This document shows, piece by piece, positions 57,985 to 64,000 of a DNA stretch of 64,000 nucleotides; the first letter of the stretch is position 1; every line of letters begins with the position of its first letter. The position numbers were made by a program, and so were the translations under genes. The DNA lies in the NCBI GenBank assembly GCA_016217905.1, contig JACRFL010000002.1:18817-82816 (forward strand), read 5' to 3'. The notes beneath the pieces were generated by a model. It was not told the DNA's origin, made no database searches, and saw only the letters and a list, made by a program, of their open reading frames with translations. The stretch comes from Candidatus Kaiserbacteria bacterium. GTDB taxonomy: Bacteria > Patescibacteriota > Minisyncoccia > Phycocordibacterales > Phycocordibacteraceae.

Positions 57985-59696
57985 TGCCCTCAACCGCGCA
58001 CACCCGGAGGGGCGGATTCGGTCTCATCGACGTCATCGTGAGCATCGCACTCACGCTCATCCTCTTCCTTTCTCTCTTCGGCATCCTGCGCGCCTCGCTC
58101 CTCGTCTCTTCGCTCGCCCGCGCCAAGGCCGGAGCGACCACGATCGCCCAAGTGCAGATGGAATATATGCACGGACTCTCTTATGACTCCGTGGGCACGG
58201 TGGGCGGCATCCCTTCCGGCGCGGTCGTGCAGGATGCGACCACCACCGAGAACGGCATCGATTACGCGGTTCACACCTTCGTGAGCTACGTCGACGACCC
58301 TGCCGACGGCACCGGCGCGAGCGACACGAACGGCATCACTATCGACTACAAGCGGGCGCGTGTTACCGTCTCTTACACGATTGCGGGGCGCACACGATCG
58401 GTCGCTCTGGTAGGCCACTTTGCTCCGCCGGGCATTGAGAGTACGAACGGCGGCGGAACGCTTGCGATAAACGTCGTAAACGCGACCGGCGCGCCGGTAA
58501 ACAATGCGACCGTACACATAACCAACGGCGCGACCGCGCCAACCGTTGACCTCACCACCTTCACCAACAACGCGGGCGTCGTGTATCTGCCCGGTGCGGC
58601 GACCTCCTCGGAATACCAGGTCGCCGTGAGTAAAGCCGGTTACTCGAGCGCGCAGACCTACACGCGCGACCTGATCAACCAGAACCCAACCCCGGGCTAT
58701 CTTGCGGTCGCCAAGGACCAAACCACGAGGAGCACTTTCGCCATCGACCTCCTCTCCACTCTCACGCTCGCGACCTTCTCGCCCATCGCCACAAGTACCT
58801 TCGCCGACGCCTTTGCCGATGCGTCAAAGCTTGCCGCAATGGCTTCGACGACGATTACCGGCGGCGCGCTCGCGCTCCTTTCGGGCGAGACAAGCGGTTC
58901 CGCGCGCTCTCTAGCGACGACGTCTGCGTATCTCGCGAGCTGGGGCGAGGCTAGGGCGACAACGACGATCCCCACGGGCACCTCCGTCACGCTCCACGTA
59001 TACGACGGGGCGGGGAACTTGATTCCCGATGCCATCCTACCCGGCAACGCGGCAGGCTTCGGCAGTTTCCCCGTGCCGCTTTATGGCATCGGAACGACGA
59101 CATATCCCTCGCTCGCCCTGGGGGCGAATTTCACCGGCACGGAAAGCAGCACCCCCGTTATCACCGGCTGGTCGCTCTCGTACGCGTCGGGGCCGACGCC
59201 CCTGTCGAACGTCTCCTTCACTCTCACCGGTGCCAAAACCATCGGATCCACCGGCGGCGGCGCGCCCATCTACAAAACAGTATTTCCCGCGTCCACCGGC
59301 GGCGACGGCACACAGGGCGTCATCCTTGAATGGGACAGTTATAAACTGAATGTCGCGAACTACGGCATTGTGGACGCCTGTCCGTCGCCGCCTTACGCTA
59401 TCGCCCCGGACACGACGCCGAGCGCCACGCTCTTTCTGGCACCGGTGCCCTCCCACTCGCTGCGCGTGGTTGTTACCGACAATGCGGGCGCGGCAGTCGA
59501 CGGCGCGAGTGTGACGGTCGCGCGCGCCGGATTTTCGCAGACGGTGCCGAGCTCCTCGTGCGGCTCGGCATATTTCGACACCCTCGCAAGCGCAAGCGAT
59601 TACACGGTAACGATAGCAAAGATAGGTTACACGACCACCGATTTCACCGGGATCTCCGTAAGCGGCGCCTCGACCGTCAACGCGAGCTTTCCTTAA
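57984..59696 (+). CDS. Large prepilin-like protein with beta-sandwich (carboxypeptidase-regulatory-like) domains
   Basis: GFGLIDVIV class III-like signal, Thr-rich beta repeats. Confidence 0.75.
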   Translation: MPSTAHTRRGGFGLIDVIVSIALTLILFLSLFGILRASLLVSSLARAKAGATTIAQVQMEYMHGLSYDSVGTVGGIPSGAVVQDATTTENGIDYAVHTFVSYVDDPADGTGASDTNGITIDYKRARVTVSYTIAGRTRSVALVGHFAPPGIESTNGGGTLAINVVNATGAPVNNATVHITNGATAPTVDLTTFTNNAGVVYLPGAATSSEYQVAVSKAGYSSAQTYTRDLINQNPTPGYLAVAKDQTTRSTFAIDLLSTLTLATFSPIATSTFADAFADASKLAAMASTTITGGALALLSGETSGSARSLATTSAYLASWGEARATTTIPTGTSVTLHVYDGAGNLIPDAILPGNAAGFGSFPVPLYGIGTTTYPSLALGANFTGTESSTPVITGWSLSYASGPTPLSNVSFTLTGAKTIGSTGGGAPIYKTVFPASTGGDGTQGVILEWDSYKLNVANYGIVDACPSPPYAIAPDTTPSATLFLAPVPSHSLRVVVTDNAGAAVDGASVTVARAGFSQTVPSSSCGSAYFDTLASASDYTVTIAKIGYTTTDFTGISVSGASTVNASFP

Positions 59697-59701
59697 ATCC
59701 C

Positions 59702-60307
59702 ATGCGCTTTACTTTTTATACCCGCGGATTCACCCTCATCGAGACGCTCGTCGTCGCGGCGCTCACGGCTATCGTGACGGTCGCGCTGGGCGGGCTCATT
59801 CAGTATTTCTATAAAACCAATGCCTACGTGCTCGAGCAGACACAGGCCACCGAGAGCGCCCGCCGCAGCATCGAGAGCGCGATGGCGGATCTGCGCGAGG
59901 CTTCTTACGGAGCCGACGGCTCCTATCCGCTTATGGCGGCGGCGACGTCGAGCGTTACCTTCTATGCCAACATTGACAGCGACACGGCGATCGAAAGGGT
60001 TCGCTACTACTTGTCGGGAACGACGCTCTACCGCGGCACCACGAAGGCTTCCGGAAACCCGCCCTCCTATGCGGGACAACCCGAGGTCGCGACGCTTGTG
60101 GTCGACAACATCCGCAACGGAACAAGCACGCTCTTTTCTTATTTTGATTCGGCCGGCAACCAGCTTTCCGACCCTATCAACATATCCCTGGTCGCTTCGG
60201 CGAAAGCGCGCGTGATGACCGACGTGAACCCGAACCGCGCGCCGGAGATATTCACGCTCACCGGCAACGCGACATTAAGGAACGTGCGCAGTACAATAAA
60301 GCCATGA
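59702..60307 (+). CDS. Minor pilin (prepilin N-terminal cleavage motif)
   Basis: RGFTLIETLVV. Confidence 0.88.
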   Translation: MRFTFYTRGFTLIETLVVAALTAIVTVALGGLIQYFYKTNAYVLEQTQATESARRSIESAMADLREASYGADGSYPLMAAATSSVTFYANIDSDTAIERVRYYLSGTTLYRGTTKASGNPPSYAGQPEVATLVVDNIRNGTSTLFSYFDSAGNQLSDPINISLVASAKARVMTDVNPNRAPEIFTLTGNATLRNVRSTIKP

Positions 60308-61737
60308 CGCCGCGCGCCTTCCGGGGATCGACGACGCTCCTGGTACTCGTCTTCGGAGGCATTTTCCTCCTTGTGCTCTCGGCGCTTTCCGGACATGTGC
60401 TCGTGCAGAATCGGGCAGAAGATGTAACGCGCATCAAGGCCGAAGCATTCAACGTCGCTGAAGCGGGCTTGGAGTATTACCGCTGGCATCTGGCGCACTT
60501 CCCGAGCGATTTGACAAATGGCACCGGCCTTCCCGGCCCCTACGCGATCGCCATACCGGATCCCTCCGGCGGGGCCATCGGCACCGCTTCGCTTGCAATT
60601 ACGCCGAACACCAGCTGCAACCAAACAACCTCAATCGATATCGCGTCCACGGGTACCGCTTCTGATGGACCCTCATTTTCCCAAACCGTTATCGGCCGCT
60701 ATGCACAGACCTCGGTCGCCTCCTACTCTTATATCGTGAACGACAGCGTGTGGGCGGGAAGCGACCGCATCATTAACGGTCCGTACCACAGCAACGGCGG
60801 CGTGCGCATGGACGGGACGACCAATGCGCCGGTTACCAGTTCGGTTTCGAGTTGGACCTGCACGTCCTCCTTCGGATGTTCCCCGAATGCGACCGAGCCG
60901 GGCGTTTTCGGTGGCGGCTCCAATCAGAATCTCTGGAGGTACCCGACCCCGCAGCTTGACTTCGCCGGCATCGCCGCCGATTTTACTTCGCTCAAGGCGA
61001 CTGCGCAGTCGCGCGGCATTTATCTGCAGCGGTACAGTTCGGGCGCGAGCAACAGCAGCGCGTATCATAAGGGGTATCACCTCGTTTTCAATAGCAACAA
61101 CACGGTCACGGTATACCGCGTTTCTTCCGCGACAAGACTGACCGTCACGCCCGTCAACAGTAGCGACCCGACGACCGATTACGCGCTCATCGGCAACCAA
61201 ACGTCCTACAACACCTACACCATTCCCTCGAACTGCGGCCTTATCTTCGTCGAGGACAACACGTGGGTGGAGGGAATCATACCGTCGAAGGTAACGCTCG
61301 TCGTCGCGAATGTCACCACGACCGGCGTTACGCCTGACGCATTTCTGAAAGGCAGTATCACCTACGCGTCGGCCGACGGGTCCGGCGGCTTCACTCTCAT
61401 CAGCTCCCATGACATTCTGATAACCCCCAATTCTCCGCAAAACATGACGCTTAACGGCGTCTTCATCGCGCAGAGCGGGGCATTCGGGCGCAACTATTAC
61501 GGCAACGCGGGCTGGGGCTGCGACGGCACTTACGAGCCCCGCGGCACGCTCACCATTCTCGGCTCCACCATTTCAAACAAACGCACGGGCACGCAGTGGA
61601 AAAGCGGCTGCTCGCCCGGCAATGCGGGGTATCTCTCGCGCATCGACTCTTTCGACCGCATGCTCGCGAACGATCCGCCGCCGTTCACTCCCGTCATTTC
61701 GACCGATTACTCCTTCGTCGACTGGCAGCAGAAGTAG
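60304..61737 (+). CDS. PilX-like minor pilin
   Basis: RGSTTLLVL, AFNVAEAGLE, HSNG, C-terminal PPPFTP. Confidence 0.78.
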   Translation: MTPRAFRGSTTLLVLVFGGIFLLVLSALSGHVLVQNRAEDVTRIKAEAFNVAEAGLEYYRWHLAHFPSDLTNGTGLPGPYAIAIPDPSGGAIGTASLAITPNTSCNQTTSIDIASTGTASDGPSFSQTVIGRYAQTSVASYSYIVNDSVWAGSDRIINGPYHSNGGVRMDGTTNAPVTSSVSSWTCTSSFGCSPNATEPGVFGGGSNQNLWRYPTPQLDFAGIAADFTSLKATAQSRGIYLQRYSSGASNSSAYHKGYHLVFNSNNTVTVYRVSSATRLTVTPVNSSDPTTDYALIGNQTSYNTYTIPSNCGLIFVEDNTWVEGIIPSKVTLVVANVTTTGVTPDAFLKGSITYASADGSGGFTLISSHDILITPNSPQNMTLNGVFIAQSGAFGRNYYGNAGWGCDGTYEPRGTLTILGSTISNKRTGTQWKSGCSPGNAGYLSRIDSFDRMLANDPPPFTPVISTDYSFVDWQQK

Positions 61738-61772
61738 CGCTTCGCGCGGATGGGGGCTGCTATACTTTCCCC

Positions 61773-62516
61773 ATGCTCGTTATCGCGAACTGGAAGGCGT
61801 ACGTCGAAGACGCGAGGAAGGCGCTCCTTCTCTTCGCGGCAAGCAAGCGGGCCGCGCGCGCGACCGGGATCAGCATCGTACTCGCTCCGCCCGCGCCTCT
61901 TCTGGGAATCCTGTCGAGAAACAACCGCTCGACGGTCGCGTTCTGCGCGCAGGACGTCTCGGCAACCACCGGTGGCCCGGAGACCGGCGAGGCGACCGCG
62001 GCGGCATATGCAGCAGCGGGCGCGACGTACGCGCTCGCCGGCCACTCCGAGCGGCGGACGCGGGGCGACACCGATCAAATCGTCTCCGAAAAAATAACGC
62101 GCGCGCTTGCGCACGGGCTCACGCCCGTTCTGTGCGTCGGCGAACGTGAGCGCGACGGCGAAGGCCGCTACCTTGCCTACCTGCGCGAGGAGCTTACGGA
62201 GGCGCTCAAGCCGCTTGCGCCGAAAGAGCGCGCGAACATCGTCGTCGCGTACGAACCTCTCTGGGCCATCGGAAAGGACGCTTCGCTTTCCATTGAACCG
62301 AACGATCTGGCCGAGATGACGCTCTACATACGCAAAGTACTTGCCGAGCTCCTTCCGGGCAAAAGCTCCTCCCGTTCCCGCATACTCTACGGCGGTTCGG
62401 TCGAGTCCGGGAACATCCGCGCGCTCGCGGCAAGCTCCGGCGTCGACGGATTTCTCATCGGGCACGCATCGGTCGATCCGCTGAACTTTCCCCAGATCGT
62501 AAAGCGGCTTATATAA
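61773..62516 (+). CDS. tpiA: Triosephosphate isomerase
   Basis: ANWK, GHSERR, AYEPLWAIG, LYGGSV, DGFLIG. Confidence 0.95.
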   Translation: MLVIANWKAYVEDARKALLLFAASKRAARATGISIVLAPPAPLLGILSRNNRSTVAFCAQDVSATTGGPETGEATAAAYAAAGATYALAGHSERRTRGDTDQIVSEKITRALAHGLTPVLCVGERERDGEGRYLAYLREELTEALKPLAPKERANIVVAYEPLWAIGKDASLSIEPNDLAEMTLYIRKVLAELLPGKSSSRSRILYGGSVESGNIRALAASSGVDGFLIGHASVDPLNFPQIVKRLI

Positions 62517-62518
62517 CG

Positions 62519-63685
62519 ATGCGCAGCGTCCGCGATATACCGTTTTTCGCGAATATTCCGATACTGGTGCGCGCCGCCCTGAATGCCCCCGTCAAAAACG
62601 GGGAGGTGGTGAATGACTACCGCTTGCGGCGAGCCGCGCCGACCATCCGTTTTCTTGCCGAACGGGGCGCAAAAGTCGTCCTCATAAGCCACCTGGGCGA
62701 ACAGGGGACCGAGACTCTCTCCCCTGTCGCGCGCGCGCTCGAAAAAATCGTTCCGGGAACCTCGTTTTTCGGCGAGACTGTCGGGGAACGCGCCCGCGCT
62801 GCGGTGCGCGACCTGCCGCCAAGGAATGTCCTCGTTCTCGAGAACCTGCGCCGCGATAAGGGCGAGCGTACAAACGACCGCGCATTCGCCCGAGAGCTCG
62901 CCGCGCTCGCCGACGTCTTCGTCCAGGACTCGTTCGACACCTGCCACCGTGCGCACGCCTCGATCGTCGGCGTCCCGGAGCTTCTGCCGAGCTATGCGGG
63001 GCTCCTGCTCGAGGAGGAAGTGCACGAACTCTCGCGGGCGCTCGCTCCGAAGCGTCCGGCGCTCGCGGTCATCGGCGGAGCGAAGTTCGGCACGAAAGAG
63101 CCCGTGCTCATGAGGCTTCTGCAGACGTACGACCACGTGTTCGTCGGCGGAGCGCTGGCGAACGATTTTCTAAAAGCCGCAGGACAGCCTGTGGGAAAGT
63201 CGCTTGTCTCGACCGCCGATTCCTCGCATGTGAAAAAACTTCTTGTCAATCCGAAACTCGTCATACCGGTGGACTCGCTCGTCATACCCGCGAGCGCGGT
63301 CGGCACGCCGAACGCGCGGGCGAGAGCGCGTATCGCGAGTCCCGGAGGAGTGTGGTCCGACGAAGTAATCCTCGATCACGGGCCGGGCACCTCCGCGCTT
63401 CTCTCCAGTCTCGCAGAGAAAGCGAAAACCATCCTCTGGAACGGTCCTCTAGGGAAGTATGAAGACGGACTCACGGACGCGACCGATGCGTTTGCGCAAG
63501 CGGTTGCAGCCTCAAATGCCCACTCAATCGTCGGGGGCGGCGACACGATTGCAGCCATAGAGAAGCTCGGCCTCTTGTCGCGGTTCTCCTTCGTCTCCAC
63601 CGGTGGCGGCGCGATGCTCGACTTTCTTGCGAAGGGCATGCTCCCCGGCATTGAGGCCCTCGACAATAGCCCATTTACGCGGTAA
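62519..63685 (+). CDS. pgk: Phosphoglycerate kinase
   Basis: SHLG, LENLR, HRAHAS, GGAK, WNGPLG, GGGDT, STGGGA. Confidence 0.95.
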   Translation: MRSVRDIPFFANIPILVRAALNAPVKNGEVVNDYRLRRAAPTIRFLAERGAKVVLISHLGEQGTETLSPVARALEKIVPGTSFFGETVGERARAAVRDLPPRNVLVLENLRRDKGERTNDRAFARELAALADVFVQDSFDTCHRAHASIVGVPELLPSYAGLLLEEEVHELSRALAPKRPALAVIGGAKFGTKEPVLMRLLQTYDHVFVGGALANDFLKAAGQPVGKSLVSTADSSHVKKLLVNPKLVIPVDSLVIPASAVGTPNARARARIASPGGVWSDEVILDHGPGTSALLSSLAEKAKTILWNGPLGKYEDGLTDATDAFAQAVAASNAHSIVGGGDTIAAIEKLGLLSRFSFVSTGGGAMLDFLAKGMLPGIEALDNSPFTR

Positions 63686-63737
63686 CGTGCAGCCTACAAA
63701 CGGCCTATGGTGGCCGTTTGAAAAGGGGGAGTTATCT

Positions 63738-63941
63738 ATGAAGCTGATCGCTTTAGCTGTAACCGTCCTGATGGGGACTATGTTCCTCGCAGTAAAGTTC
63801 GACTTGGGATTGTTCGGAACGGTGGTGACGGGCATCGTGCTCTCCGTCATCGTGGCCCTGGTGAATGAGGCCGTCGACGTGGCGTTCCACGGCCCGCTCG
63901 GTAACAGGCGATTGGACGAATCCGAGTTCGAAGAAGAGTGA
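63738..63941 (+). CDS. Small two-TM hypothetical protein
   Basis: GGAG upstream, two hydrophobic segments, acidic tail. Confidence 0.5.
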   Translation: MKLIALAVTVLMGTMFLAVKFDLGLFGTVVTGIVLSVIVALVNEAVDVAFHGPLGNRRLDESEFEEE

Positions 63942-64000
63942 AAAAAGCTTTGACACGATACGCGCCCGCACCTCTGGTGCCGGCGCTTTTTGTTACGATT

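Overview
A GC-rich bacterial chromosomal segment that looks like Patescibacteria/CPR, probably Parcubacteria (inferred from no rpmD between rpsE and rplO, short uL24, VirB6-like and type IV pilus genes, and few Shine-Dalgarno sites). It holds infC-rpmI-rplT, the str/S10/spc ribosomal superoperon (rpsL to secY-adk-map), repair and housekeeping genes (mutY, nth, xth, pcrA, rarA, comM, a Xer-type recombinase, cca, rny, clpP, ppa, nusA, tpiA, pgk), four tRNAs, a probable 6S-like RNA and a type IV pilus locus. The main observation is three unrelated type II toxin-antitoxin pairs, each at the 3' end of a conserved gene (fusA, rpsG, xth). Each is bounded by a direct duplication of that gene's last codons, giving integrase-less cassettes of 600-680 bp at three levels of repeat divergence. 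Also seen: four parS-like palindromes in and beside cca, an in-frame map-ndk fusion, short REP-like elements inside coding sequence, and many apparently leaderless genes. All calls come from reading the sequence; no database searches were run.
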